Origin: an uncultured Lentisphaerales bacterium
GTDB taxonomy: Bacteria > Verrucomicrobiota > Lentisphaeria > JABSQK01 > UBA12247
NCBI GenBank assembly: GCA_943788985.1
Contig: CALSSJ010000005.1
Location: 96,001 to 160,000, forward strand
Direction: 5' to 3'
Length of the DNA stretch: 64,000 bases
Shown here: piece after piece, positions 44,194 to 54,112 of the stretch
How the letters are laid out: each line of letters begins with the position of its first letter
Numbering within the stretch: the stretch's first letter is position 1
Made by a program: the position numbers and the translations under genes
The notes under the pieces: generated by a model
Databases searched by the model: none
What the model was told of the DNA's origin: nothing
Seen by the model: only the letters and a program-made list of their open reading frames with translations

Positions 44194-45259
44194 GCCTTTT
44201 TATGGGGGCAGCCACCGCGCATTTTTGCGTCAGTGGCAACAGCACAGCTGTCACGACTTCACGCTGCTGACCCTGCCTGACAGAAACTGGAAGTGGCGAA
44301 TGCGTCACGCGGCCCTCACGTTTGCCGCGCAATTGCGAGAGCGCACCGAGACCTGGGATGTGATTTGGTGTTCCGACATGCTCGATGTGGCCAGCTTCCG
44401 CGGGCTACTTCCCTGCGAACTTCGCAAGTTGCCCGTAGTTCTCTATTTTCACGAGAATCAACTGACCTATCCGGATCGTACGGCGAGACCGCGCGATCAT
44501 CACTTTGCCTACACCAACATTATCAGTGCGATCTCCGCAGATGCCGTCTGGTTCAATAGCGAATATCACCGCAGCAGCTTCTATGAGGCCGCAGAGGCGT
44601 TTCTCCGGCGCATGCCGGATCATGCGCATCTGGAAGAGTTGCGGAGTTCGCAACAACGTTCGGCGGTGCATCCACCGGGGATTGATTCGGTGCCCGCGCG
44701 AGTATCGGTGCGAAACGGGCCGTTACGGATTTTGTGGAACGCGCGCTGGGAGCATGACAAGAATCCTGAGACGTTTTTCGCCGCGCTGCGCCTGTTGCAC
44801 GAGACGGGTACGGCGTTCGAGGTGGATGTGTTGGGGGAACAGTACGCCAAGCAGCCAGCGGTGTTTGCGGAGTTCGCAACAGACCACGTCGAGCATGTGA
44901 ACCGTTGGGGGCATCAGGACAGTCGTGCGGATTACGCCGAGGCGCTGCGGGAGGCCGATGTGGTGGCATCCACCGCTTACCACGAATTCTTTGGGATCGC
45001 GGTACTGGAAGCGGTCGCGGCTGGGGCCTGGCCGCTGGTGCCGGAGCGCCTGGCCTATCCTGAGACGCTGGCGCGCTGGCCAGCGGAGAGTCGAGATCGC
45101 GTATTTCACGATGGGAGCGCTGCGGATCTGTGCGCGAAGCTGGAGGCCTGGAAGCGCCCGGAATGGGTGCCGGACCCCGGGGAAATCCTCAGTCCTTATT
45201 ACTGGCAGGCCACAGCTGGGAAGATGGACCAGGCGCTGGCCCAGAACGAAAATCTGTGA
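44174..45259 (+). CDS. DUF3524 + GT4 glycosyltransferase, GTDC1/QTMAN-like
   Basis: LEPFYGGSH, WKWRMR.AAL.F, LYFHENQLTYP, FNS.YH, RWEHDKNP, STAYHEFFG, RLAYPE. Confidence 0.88.
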   Translation: MKILALEPFYGGSHRAFLRQWQQHSCHDFTLLTLPDRNWKWRMRHAALTFAAQLRERTETWDVIWCSDMLDVASFRGLLPCELRKLPVVLYFHENQLTYPDRTARPRDHHFAYTNIISAISADAVWFNSEYHRSSFYEAAEAFLRRMPDHAHLEELRSSQQRSAVHPPGIDSVPARVSVRNGPLRILWNARWEHDKNPETFFAALRLLHETGTAFEVDVLGEQYAKQPAVFAEFATDHVEHVNRWGHQDSRADYAEALREADVVASTAYHEFFGIAVLEAVAAGAWPLVPERLAYPETLARWPAESRDRVFHDGSAADLCAKLEAWKRPEWVPDPGEILSPYYWQATAGKMDQALAQNENL

Positions 45260-45393
45260 ATCTGTAGATATTTTTGGAAAGAGACTAAACCCCACGCGGT
45301 TTAGGGGCGTACAAGCGGCAAGCAAATGTTTCTAACCCCGACCCCACAGCTCCCTTGTTCATCTCTTACGGAACCACTCATCAGGAGAACATC

Positions 45394-46386
45394 ATGAAAT
45401 CCTTCACCGCACTTCTTCTCACTCTCATTCTCGCCATCTCCGTCCAGGCACAACGCCCCGGCGGTCCTGGTGGTGGCGATCGCCCGGAGCCAAGCCCCGA
45501 GCAACAGGCTCTAATCGACCAGATCCGCCAGATCAAGGCCGACATTCACGCCGCACTGATCGCCGCAAGCACTGAGTATGCCGACCTGGCAGCTCTCGAA
45601 AGCCCGACGTTCGAAGATCGCCGCCGGATGGCTGAACTGCGCCACGAATTGGTCCCGACTGAGGCGATTGAGCTGACTGAAACCCTGCGTGACCTGACCG
45701 GGCAGCTGAACGACCTGCGTCCTGAACGTCCACCACGTCCAGACCGCCCCGAACGTCCCGAACTGACCGAAGAGCAGTTGGCTGCGATCGAGGCTCACAA
45801 GGCCGCTGTTAAGGCTGCCCATGACGCCCTGAATGACATCTTGGTGGCTGCCGATGCTACAGGCCGCTACGCTGCGTTGCTGGCTGTCGAAGAGCCAACC
45901 CGTGCAGAGCGCCAGGAATTGAATGAGCTGCGTCGCCAGTTGATCGAAGGTTCTGATGAAGCGCAGACGCAGATCGACGCCATCAAGGCATTGAACGAGC
46001 AGTTCCGTACCGACAATCCAGACCTGCGCCCCAGCCCGCGCCGTGTGGCTCGCCATCTGCGGCATGAAGTTCGCCAAGACATTGCTGAAGTGCGCGATCT
46101 GAACGACCAGTTGAACGCGCTGCTGGCAGCTGACTCTGTGGAGTACGCAGAGCTGATCGCCAAGGAAGACAAGACTCCTGAAGATCGTGAGCGTATCGGC
46201 GAATTACGTGCCGAGTTGATCGCGGCAAACGAAGATGCACAGGCTGTGGCCGACCAGATTCAGGATGCTCGCCAGGAAGTTCGCCAGGATGTGCGCCGCT
46301 TGCGGCACGTCCGTGATCACGTCAATGGCCCGCGTCCCGGTCCCGTTGATCGTACCGATGATGGCGACACAGGCGGTACTGAGTAA
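45394..46386 (+). CDS. Secreted alpha-helical three-repeat protein
   Basis: AGGAG RBS, signal peptide, three repeats L.AA...Y..L.A.E..T..R....ELR..L. Confidence 0.8.
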   Translation: MKSFTALLLTLILAISVQAQRPGGPGGGDRPEPSPEQQALIDQIRQIKADIHAALIAASTEYADLAALESPTFEDRRRMAELRHELVPTEAIELTETLRDLTGQLNDLRPERPPRPDRPERPELTEEQLAAIEAHKAAVKAAHDALNDILVAADATGRYAALLAVEEPTRAERQELNELRRQLIEGSDEAQTQIDAIKALNEQFRTDNPDLRPSPRRVARHLRHEVRQDIAEVRDLNDQLNALLAADSVEYAELIAKEDKTPEDRERIGELRAELIAANEDAQAVADQIQDARQEVRQDVRRLRHVRDHVNGPRPGPVDRTDDGDTGGTE

Positions 46387-46403
46387 CACTTAGCCGCCGT
46401 AAT

Positions 46404-46445
46404 AAGGGCTTTGCTGAGACTTCGGTCTTGGCAAAGCCCTTTCTT
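46404..46445 (+). terminator. Intrinsic terminator
   Basis: AAGGGCTTTGCTGAGAC-TTCG-GTCTTGGCAAAGCCCTT followed by T-rich bases. Confidence 0.75.
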
Positions 46446-46461
46446 GCGTCAAATTCCCTGC

Positions 46462-49026
46462 ATGATACGACGCATTCTTTTCCGCAGAGACTGTCTCTGC
46501 ATTTTGATGATTTCCGCCTGCTGGCTCCCAGCGGCGGATCTTTACGTTTCCGCCAGCGGTAGCGCGACTGCGCCTTATGACTCCGTGGCAACAGCGGTCA
46601 CGACCATTCAGGCCGGTATTGACGCCGCGCAGTCCGGCGACACCATTCACATCATCCCCGGGCTTTATCGCGAAACTCTGACAGTCGCGGGCAAGGCACT
46701 TACCCTCGAAGGCGATGGCATTGCGCAGACGCGGCTGGATGCGAACTTCGCAGGATCGGCACTTGCGATTTCCGCAAACGCGTCGGTCACGCTGCGAGGC
46801 CTGACCATCAGTGGTGGCCTGGCAACACTTGGCGGCGGAATCTCGGTCGTAGACGCTGGGCTCACTGCCAGCAACGTGCGCATCACGGCCTGTCGAGCCG
46901 GGCGCGGAGGGGGGCTCTACGCGAACAACGCAATTGTGTCTGTAAACGACTCGGTCATCGATGGCTGTGATGGCTACATCTCAGAGTCGGGGGCTGGAAA
47001 GGGCGGGGCGATCTACGTGCTCTACTCGCCTGCCGGGATCCCAGCAAGTTTTGCGAACTGTGCAATTCATGGCAATCGGGCCGTATATGGCGTCGTGCGC
47101 GCCTGGGCCTCAGAGGCCGTGTTTCGGCAGTGCCAGTTTTTTGAGAACCGCGCAGAGTCGGACATCATTGAATTGCAGTCGGCGAGTCATGTGGACTTTG
47201 TCGACTGCTTAATTCACTCGAACCAGTCCCTTTCTCGGAGCTGTCTGGCTATCTACAACGAGAGTACCAGCGAGCTTGCCTATTGCACTATCACCGAGAA
47301 TGAGTCGCTGGGGGATGAGTCCGTGGTTTACGTAGATGTGTGGTCTTCGTTCTCATGCTATAACAGTGCGCTGCAGCGCAATTCGCCCGACAGGCTGGAG
47401 GTGCCATCCACCGCCGTATTCGCTGGCTCGGCGCTGTCCACGGCACCTGCTGGGTTCAGAATTATATCTATCGCCGAGGCGTTCTCGAGCAGCAGTGAGG
47501 GCGCATACTTCCTTGCGAACACCGCAGCTGCGCCCACTGAGTTTATCGGCCTCGGCGTGAGTGCAGGGCCTTCTTATGTGGTCGCTGAGAACGTCCGGCG
47601 CTGCTTTGCTGCGGAAGAAACTCCGGCAGCGGTGTTAAACGCGGGCTACGGCTATCCATTCGGTATCTTGGGGAGCCTGAAGGTGGCAACTCTGCCGGAA
47701 TGGACGGCGACAGGAACAGGCCAGCCGTCTCGCTGGTATATGCTTGAGGAATCGGCAACGATGGATTTTTCCGCGTTCAGCAGTCGGACGATTGGCCCGC
47801 TTACGGCGGTAAGCAGCGCTGTCGGGATTCCAGAGCCGACGGAGGCCGGACTGTTGCTACAACGGCTGCGCAGCTCCGCGCCGCTGGGGAACAGCGTGGC
47901 GATCCAGCTGGAAGATAATGCGCAGGCAGCAGTGGTGGGCGTTCGCGTGGACCTACTCGCCGCGGATGGAACGGAGTGGTATGGCGCCGGCGTTTCAGAT
48001 GCGCAGGGCCAGGCAATCATGCAGAATGTGCCGGATGGATCGTACACGGTCCTGGCGGGAAGCGTGAGCGCCGACTACGTCTCCACCTTTTTGGGCAATG
48101 CAGGCGCGGTGGGGGCGGCGACTACTTTTGACCTGCGCAGTGGCTCACGTGCGACTGGCACCATCACGCTGGCCGGCGGCAACCGCATCGAGGGCCACGC
48201 GCGCATTGCGGGGACCGCGACTTTTCTGCCAGATGTAGCGGTGGTCATTTACGATAGCTCAGATACGCCAGTGAAGAGCGCGGTGACAGACGCGGTTGGC
48301 AACTACTCGATCGGGGGGTTACCCAACGGTACGTATCGTGCGCTCGGCCAGAACTCACCCGCATACTCAGATTCCTACTACTTTAATCAGGCGGACCTGG
48401 CCAGCGCAAACGGTGTGGCTGTTTCGGGTAGCTCGACAGTGAATAGCGTGAATCTGAATCTTGGAGCCAAGCTGGCGATCACCGGCGAGGTGACACTGCC
48501 TGACCAGGGAAACCTGTTTCAGATTACCGTGGTGTTGTACGATGCGTCGACGTTTGAAGAGCGGTCCTTTACATTCTGTGATTCGCTCGGGCAGTACACG
48601 CTGTATGCGAGCCCCGGCACGTATATTGTCTCTGCCGGAGAGGGATCTTCCTATGTCGTGACCTACAGCGCCTCGCTCACGGTCACGAGTCAGCCGGTTA
48701 CGGGTCAGGATTTCATCCTGTCGCAGGGCGGCACCATCTCTGGACGGATCACAGACTCATCGGCCGTCCCGTTGAGCGGTATCTACGTGGACATCTACGA
48801 AACGGACGGGACAACCTATGTGACTTCGGCGCTGACCGGCGCGAACGGTACCTATACTACGCCGGAGCTTGGCGCAGGCGACTATTTTGTGCTTGCCTAC
48901 GGAGATCCAAGCTATACGAATTTGTGGTATCCGGGGACGTCGAACCCCACGTCAGCCACCACAGTTGGCGTCGTCGCCGGGCAGGATACGCCCAACATCA
49001 ACATCGCTATTTCGCTCGCCCGGTAG
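46462..49026 (+). CDS. Secreted protein: parallel beta-helix N-terminus + carboxypeptidase-regulatory-like (Cna-B-type) repeats
   Basis: YVS..G...PY....TIQAGIDAA..GD.I...PG.Y.E, GGG.. repeats; four TD..G.Y....L..G.Y.V repeats. Confidence 0.8.
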   Translation: MIRRILFRRDCLCILMISACWLPAADLYVSASGSATAPYDSVATAVTTIQAGIDAAQSGDTIHIIPGLYRETLTVAGKALTLEGDGIAQTRLDANFAGSALAISANASVTLRGLTISGGLATLGGGISVVDAGLTASNVRITACRAGRGGGLYANNAIVSVNDSVIDGCDGYISESGAGKGGAIYVLYSPAGIPASFANCAIHGNRAVYGVVRAWASEAVFRQCQFFENRAESDIIELQSASHVDFVDCLIHSNQSLSRSCLAIYNESTSELAYCTITENESLGDESVVYVDVWSSFSCYNSALQRNSPDRLEVPSTAVFAGSALSTAPAGFRIISIAEAFSSSSEGAYFLANTAAAPTEFIGLGVSAGPSYVVAENVRRCFAAEETPAAVLNAGYGYPFGILGSLKVATLPEWTATGTGQPSRWYMLEESATMDFSAFSSRTIGPLTAVSSAVGIPEPTEAGLLLQRLRSSAPLGNSVAIQLEDNAQAAVVGVRVDLLAADGTEWYGAGVSDAQGQAIMQNVPDGSYTVLAGSVSADYVSTFLGNAGAVGAATTFDLRSGSRATGTITLAGGNRIEGHARIAGTATFLPDVAVVIYDSSDTPVKSAVTDAVGNYSIGGLPNGTYRALGQNSPAYSDSYYFNQADLASANGVAVSGSSTVNSVNLNLGAKLAITGEVTLPDQGNLFQITVVLYDASTFEERSFTFCDSLGQYTLYASPGTYIVSAGEGSSYVVTYSASLTVTSQPVTGQDFILSQGGTISGRITDSSAVPLSGIYVDIYETDGTTYVTSALTGANGTYTTPELGAGDYFVLAYGDPSYTNLWYPGTSNPTSATTVGVVAGQDTPNINIAISLAR

Positions 49027-49039
49027 GGAGCCGCAGCTT

Positions 49040-50032
49040 ATGTATCGCCTTTCTTCTCTTTCTCAGTTGCCGGATGTCGGGCTATCGCGCTGTGCGATCA
49101 CCTGCGGGGTCTTCGATGGCGTCCATGTGGGACATCAGTCTATTCTGAAGCAGCTGCACGAATGCGCCACGGAAACCGATGCGTTCCCGGTGGCAGTGAC
49201 GTTCGACCCACACCCACGCGCGGTGCTGCGACCGGAGGCAGCACCGCGACTGTTGTTCTCGATCGACCATCGGCTAGATTTTCTAGAGGACGAGGGGGTG
49301 AAGGCGGCGGTGACCCTGCGTTTTGACCGCGAGCTCTGCGCGCTTTCTGCTGCGGAGTTCGCAAATCAAGTGTTGGGCCCGGCCGGGCTGGAGATCGCTG
49401 CGATTTGCGTGGGGGACAGCTGGCGGTTTGGCGCCAAGGCATCGGGGACTGTCGCAGACCTCCGGCGCTTCTTTCCGGCCGCCAAGGTGGTGGGCGTCTC
49501 AGAAACTGAGCTGACGGACGCCGTGGTCAGCAGCACCAGAATTCGCGCAGCGGTGCAGGCCGGTGACCTGCCGCAGGCAGAACAGCTGCTGGGGCGGACT
49601 TTTTCCGTGCGTGGCACGGTCGTGCGGGGGAAGGGGCTCGGGCGGACGCTGTTGGGCTGTGCCACGGCAAATTTGCACCTGACCGATTACGTAAGCCCGC
49701 CAAAGGGGATCTACGCTTGCGAGGCGTCGCTGTTCCCGGAAGATGGGAGGCGAGAACATGCGGAGAGGCACGCCGCAGCGGTGTACATCGGGCATGCGCC
49801 AACAGTATCAGCAGGGCAGCCTTTGACGCTCGAGGCACATCTGTTTGATTTCTCCGAGGACATTTACGACCGTACGATCGAAGTAAAGTTCTTGAAACGA
49901 CTACGGAATGACGAACGTTTTGACAGCCTCGAGACGTTGCGCGCACAAATTCAGCGCGATCTGCTTGAGGCGCGCCAGGTCCTGCATAGAGCAGGTGTAT
50001 GTAGCCGACCACTGACCGCGGAGTTGCCATGA
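49040..50032 (+). CDS. ribF: Bifunctional riboflavin kinase/FAD synthetase
   Basis: GVFDGVHVGH, TFDPHP, VSSTRIR, ATAN, LEAHLFDF, R.D.RF. Confidence 0.95.
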   Translation: MYRLSSLSQLPDVGLSRCAITCGVFDGVHVGHQSILKQLHECATETDAFPVAVTFDPHPRAVLRPEAAPRLLFSIDHRLDFLEDEGVKAAVTLRFDRELCALSAAEFANQVLGPAGLEIAAICVGDSWRFGAKASGTVADLRRFFPAAKVVGVSETELTDAVVSSTRIRAAVQAGDLPQAEQLLGRTFSVRGTVVRGKGLGRTLLGCATANLHLTDYVSPPKGIYACEASLFPEDGRREHAERHAAAVYIGHAPTVSAGQPLTLEAHLFDFSEDIYDRTIEVKFLKRLRNDERFDSLETLRAQIQRDLLEARQVLHRAGVCSRPLTAELP

Positions 50033-50940
50033 AGATCCAATGTCCACATTGTGAAGTTGTGATCGAGACGCCCTTGAGAACCTTTGGGCAGAAGATCCGC
50101 TGCGCAAACTGCCAGGGAGTGACCCTTGTTCCGCTGCTGCGGGTAGCGCCCACGGTGGTGATTCACAAGTACGTGATCAAGTCGAAACTACGCGAGTCTC
50201 CATTTGGGGCGCGCTTTCTGGCAAGACATCTTGAACATGGCTATGACCTGGAACTCACGATCTTTCCAGATGACATCGCCAAGCTACCAGGCTTCTCGAA
50301 CTCTTTCGGCGCGATCTCCAAGCGAGTGGCGGCTCTTGAGCATCAGAACCTGATGCGCTCCGCGGGACTCGGGAGCGACGATGAGATTTTCTATTGCCTT
50401 TGCGAGCATGTGGACGGTGAAAATCTGCGGGCGCACTTGGATTCCTGCGGGCCACTGGCACATGTGGCGGCGGTGAATCTCTGCCGGAGCGTCGCTGTCG
50501 TGCTGCAGTACGTGCAGGAAGAGATTGGAGAGTGCCACGGTAATGTGAAGCCAGCAAACATCATGGTGGATACGGATGGTGTCGCGAAGCTGAGCGGATT
50601 GGCCACCTCAATCTACTCCAGGAGGCATGGGGGAGATGACGTCGTCGGTACGCCATACTACGTGAGTCCTGAGACACTGCTGGGGCAGCCGCTGGATTTA
50701 CGGAGTGATATTTTTAGCCTTGGCTGCACGCTTTATCACTGCATTACGGGCGTGCCACCCTACCGCGGTGGAAGTCCGAGGGATGTTGCGCATCGGCGGC
50801 TTACCGAAACTCCTACTCCGATTTCCGAGTTGGCACCTGGCGTGCCAGAAGAGACGCTGTGGGTGATTGAGCGAATGATGGCCCGCAGCCTTGCGGACCG
50901 CTATTCGGACTACAGGTCCCTGCTGGCTGATCTGGTCTAG
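50029..50940 (+). CDS. Zinc-ribbon + Ser/Thr kinase-fold protein (likely pseudokinase)
   Basis: CPHC/CANC N-terminus; HGNVKPAN, GTPYYVSPE, D.RSDIFSLG. Confidence 0.85.
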   Translation: MKIQCPHCEVVIETPLRTFGQKIRCANCQGVTLVPLLRVAPTVVIHKYVIKSKLRESPFGARFLARHLEHGYDLELTIFPDDIAKLPGFSNSFGAISKRVAALEHQNLMRSAGLGSDDEIFYCLCEHVDGENLRAHLDSCGPLAHVAAVNLCRSVAVVLQYVQEEIGECHGNVKPANIMVDTDGVAKLSGLATSIYSRRHGGDDVVGTPYYVSPETLLGQPLDLRSDIFSLGCTLYHCITGVPPYRGGSPRDVAHRRLTETPTPISELAPGVPEETLWVIERMMARSLADRYSDYRSLLADLV

Positions 50941-51095
50941 TCAGGGTCCCCGTGCTCTTCGTCTTGTTTTTGGACGAGACCCCTGCGGAGTTGTCACAAA
51001 GTCAATGCGTCATCCTGCTTGCAAGTCGCGAGTCCTAAGACAGGCAAAGACACCGAACAGTCTCCGCTTCAGTTGGTGCTACCACAGCGTGACGT

Positions 51096-51389
51096 TCAGA
51101 TGCCTGCTCTCGCCTTTGCTGCTGAGAAGGCGACGTAGAATGCGAGGGCAATGGGCAGACCGAGCATCACACCAGCGGCCACGATGAACGGCAGGCCAAT
51201 GGTGGCTGAACTGCTGCCATAGGAGATCACCGTATTTTTCCCGGAGTCGGAACTCAGCCCAATGCGGTTGCCCGCGATGGTGATGGTCCAGTCATACTTT
51301 CCAGCGCTCCTGGGGAACTCGCTGCTGGCGAATGCAGAAAGGCAACCAAGAACGACCCAGACAAGCGCCCAGCTCCGAAGCCGGGGCAC
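51096..51389 (-). CDS. Small secreted/membrane hypothetical protein
   Basis: N-terminal signal and C-terminal TM; abuts the ftsH stop. Confidence 0.5.
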   Translation of the reverse strand: MPRLRSWALVWVVLGCLSAFASSEFPRSAGKYDWTITIAGNRIGLSSDSGKNTVISYGSSSATIGLPFIVAAGVMLGLPIALAFYVAFSAAKARAGI

Positions 51390-53395
51390 TATGCTTCGTC
51401 TGCTGGCGGCTTGGCTGCGGTCTCTGCAGACTCTGTGGCCGCGATTGCTTCTGGCTCTGGCTCTGGCTCTGCCTCTACGCTGTCTTCTGATTCGCTGGAA
51501 CTCATGCGCCTGTCTATCTGCCCCTTGCTCTGCAAACCAAGCAGCTCACGGATCGCTATTACGTCCATGGTCTCGTTTTGGAGGAGGGCTTTGCCGAGTG
51601 CTTCAAGTTGGTCGCGATGATCGGACAGGAGTTTTCTGGCGCGCAAGGCGACGCTGTCGACGATGGCTTTGATCTCAATATCGATCTCTCGTGCGGTAGC
51701 CTCGCTAAGCTCACTTTTGCGTCCCATGTCCCGACCGACAAAAACTGGCTGCTCGCCGGAATCATAGGCAAGCATGCCCATCTTATCGCTCATGCCAAAC
51801 TGGCAGACCATGCGCCGGGCGAGCTGGGTGGCTTGCCGAATATCCATGGCAGCCCCGCTCGTGATCTCGTTGAAAATGAGCTGTTCGGCAAAGCGTCCGC
51901 CCATCAGCACGGTCAGCTCATCAATCATTTCCGAGCGGGTCTGGGTGTACTTGTCGCGCTCCGGGAAATGGATGGTGGCACCGAGAAAGGAGTTGCCTCT
52001 GGGGATGATGGTAACTTTGTGCAGTGGCGTGGCATGCTCGCAATAGAGGCAAAGCAGCGCATGTCCGGCTTCATGGTAGGCTGTGACTTCCCGATCTCGC
52101 TCATCTACCTCACGGCTGCGGCGCTCCTTGCCCCAACAGACTTTGTCACGGGCTTCCTCAAAATCACTCATCGCCACAGCCTCTTTGTTCTGGCGGGCAG
52201 CCAGCAGCGCTGCTTCGTTGATAATGTTTGCCAGGTCGGCACCGCTGAATCCCGGGGTGCCGCGTGCCACGACAGGGAGATCCACGGTATCACTCATTTT
52301 TATCTTCTTGGAGTGTACCTTGAGAATGCCCAGGCGTCCTTTTACATCCGGAAGGTCGACATTGATCTGACGATCGAAGCGGCCGGGGCGCAACAGAGCG
52401 GGATCAAGTACATCTGGTCGGTTGGTGGCAGCAACAACAATGACCCCGGTGTTGTTCTCGAAACCGTCCATTTCCACGAGCAGGGCGTTGAGCGTCTGTT
52501 CGCGCTCGTCGTGGCCACCGCCCATGCCGCTGAACCGAGAACGGCCGACAGCGTCAATCTCGTCGATAAAGATGATGCATGGCGCATTCTTTTTTGCTTG
52601 TTCGAACATGTCACGGACGCGGCTGGCGCCGACACCGACGAACATTTCGACGAAATCCGAGCCGCTGATGCTGAAGAAGGGGACCTCAGCTTCGCCAGCG
52701 ATGGCGCGGGCTAGCAGGGTTTTGCCGGTCCCCGGGGGGCCCACCATCAGCACGCCGCGGGGCAAGCGGCCGCCTAGCTTGTGGAATTTTGCCGGATCTT
52801 GCAGGTACTCGGCGATCTCTGAGACGTCTTCGAGGGCTTCTTCGATGCCGGCGACGTCGCTAAAAGTGACGCGCTCTGCGGTCTGATTTAGCTTGGCCCG
52901 GCTCTTACCGAACTGCATGGCACCTTTTCCTGCGCGATTTAGCTGCTTACTAAAGAACCACCAGGCGATGATGATGAGCAAGACAAAGGGCAGGCTCGAA
53001 AGGAAGATCTTGACGAGCGTATTGCCTTGGGTCACGGGCGTCCATTGGACGCCTGATTCCGTAAGCAGAGCATCGAAGCGTTCACTCCAAATTAGCTCTG
53101 CTTGGAATTTGATGCCTTCAGCTGCGCCCTTCTCGAGGTACTCGCCCTCGGCAATTAGTTTTCCCTCAGTGGGGTCTTTGAGGAGAGTGACTTCCTTGAT
53201 CTCATCCTTTACCAAGCGCCGCTCGAATTCGGACTGGCCTATACTTTCTGCTTTTCCTTGACGATTGGTTAGGAAAATTACAAAGGCAAACAAAGCGATA
53301 AAGCCGATGATATAGATGAAGAAGCCAGGAACGGCAGAGCCGGGGCGGTTCTCGCTGCGGCGACGTGATTCGCCGCGTTTGTTATTGTCGTCCAT
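51389..53395 (-). CDS. ftsH: ATP-dependent zinc metalloprotease FtsH
   Basis: Two TMs, [31 protein letters not shown]. Confidence 0.98.
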   Translation of the reverse strand: MDDNNKRGESRRRSENRPGSAVPGFFIYIIGFIALFAFVIFLTNRQGKAESIGQSEFERRLVKDEIKEVTLLKDPTEGKLIAEGEYLEKGAAEGIKFQAELIWSERFDALLTESGVQWTPVTQGNTLVKIFLSSLPFVLLIIIAWWFFSKQLNRAGKGAMQFGKSRAKLNQTAERVTFSDVAGIEEALEDVSEIAEYLQDPAKFHKLGGRLPRGVLMVGPPGTGKTLLARAIAGEAEVPFFSISGSDFVEMFVGVGASRVRDMFEQAKKNAPCIIFIDEIDAVGRSRFSGMGGGHDEREQTLNALLVEMDGFENNTGVIVVAATNRPDVLDPALLRPGRFDRQINVDLPDVKGRLGILKVHSKKIKMSDTVDLPVVARGTPGFSGADLANIINEAALLAARQNKEAVAMSDFEEARDKVCWGKERRSREVDERDREVTAYHEAGHALLCLYCEHATPLHKVTIIPRGNSFLGATIHFPERDKYTQTRSEMIDELTVLMGGRFAEQLIFNEITSGAAMDIRQATQLARRMVCQFGMSDKMGMLAYDSGEQPVFVGRDMGRKSELSEATAREIDIEIKAIVDSVALRARKLLSDHRDQLEALGKALLQNETMDVIAIRELLGLQSKGQIDRRMSSSESEDSVEAEPEPEPEAIAATESAETAAKPPADEA

Positions 53396-53412
53396 GCGTG
53401 GGATCCGGTGAG

Positions 53413-53919
53413 CTATTCGGGACGTAAGAGAAGGAATACCATCACAATCACAACTACGGTGAGTAGGAGGGCAATGATGAGAAACACTTTGTTGGCGAGG
53501 GGACTTGCCTTCTTGTGAGTCTTGTGATTGGCGTTGAGGTTGGACAATTCGGTGATGCCCATCGCCGGGTTTGTTTCAAGTGAAATATTAGTTCTGGTTT
53601 CAACGACACGAGCTTCCGTGGAGTTCGGGTTGTCGAGCATGAGTTCGACTTCACCCACCTGGAGAACATCACTGTGCTTGAGTTCGTGCTCGCCGGTAAA
53701 GCGTGCTCCATTGACTCTAGTACCGTTTGAGCTCCCGAGATCGACGACTTTGTACTCGCCGTCGTTGTAGTGAATTTCGGCATGGCTTGAGGAGATGGTA
53801 GAGTCGGGGATGCAAATGTCCGCGGCTTCGACCCTTCCAATCGTGTACATGCGTTCTCTCAATTCAAAGGACTGCCCGCGCAGTTCTTTGGAAAGTACAA
53901 CGAATTTGGCTTGTGGCAT
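53413..53919 (-). CDS. FHA domain protein with C-terminal TM anchor
   Basis: IGR...D.TISS.HA...DLGSSNGT.VNG. Confidence 0.9.
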   Translation of the reverse strand: MPQAKFVVLSKELRGQSFELRERMYTIGRVEAADICIPDSTISSSHAEIHYNDGEYKVVDLGSSNGTRVNGARFTGEHELKHSDVLQVGEVELMLDNPNSTEARVVETRTNISLETNPAMGITELSNLNANHKTHKKASPLANKVFLIIALLLTVVVIVMVFLLLRPE

Positions 53920-54112
53920 AAGATCCTGCGTGGTTATCTAAATGCATCGCGTGCATGGTTGCGCGCATACACGCATCGAATTGACAAACGGCTACTATAC
54001 GATCAGACACCTTATCGTCAAGATTGGTTCCGCTCTACCGTGCCACGTGTGCGTAGATGGAGTAGGGTACTAGGCAGGAGAAGCGAGGATTAGAGGCGAG
54101 TATCGGAGGCAG

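Noticed and set aside
51451..51471. (TCTGGC)n microsatellite in ftsH and the 9-bp repeat at 61201
   Set aside because: In-frame low-complexity linkers (EPEPEP, DDPDDP), not phase-variable tracts.
51578..52714. 378-aa plus-strand ORF
   Set aside because: Antisense shadow of ftsH with no motifs.
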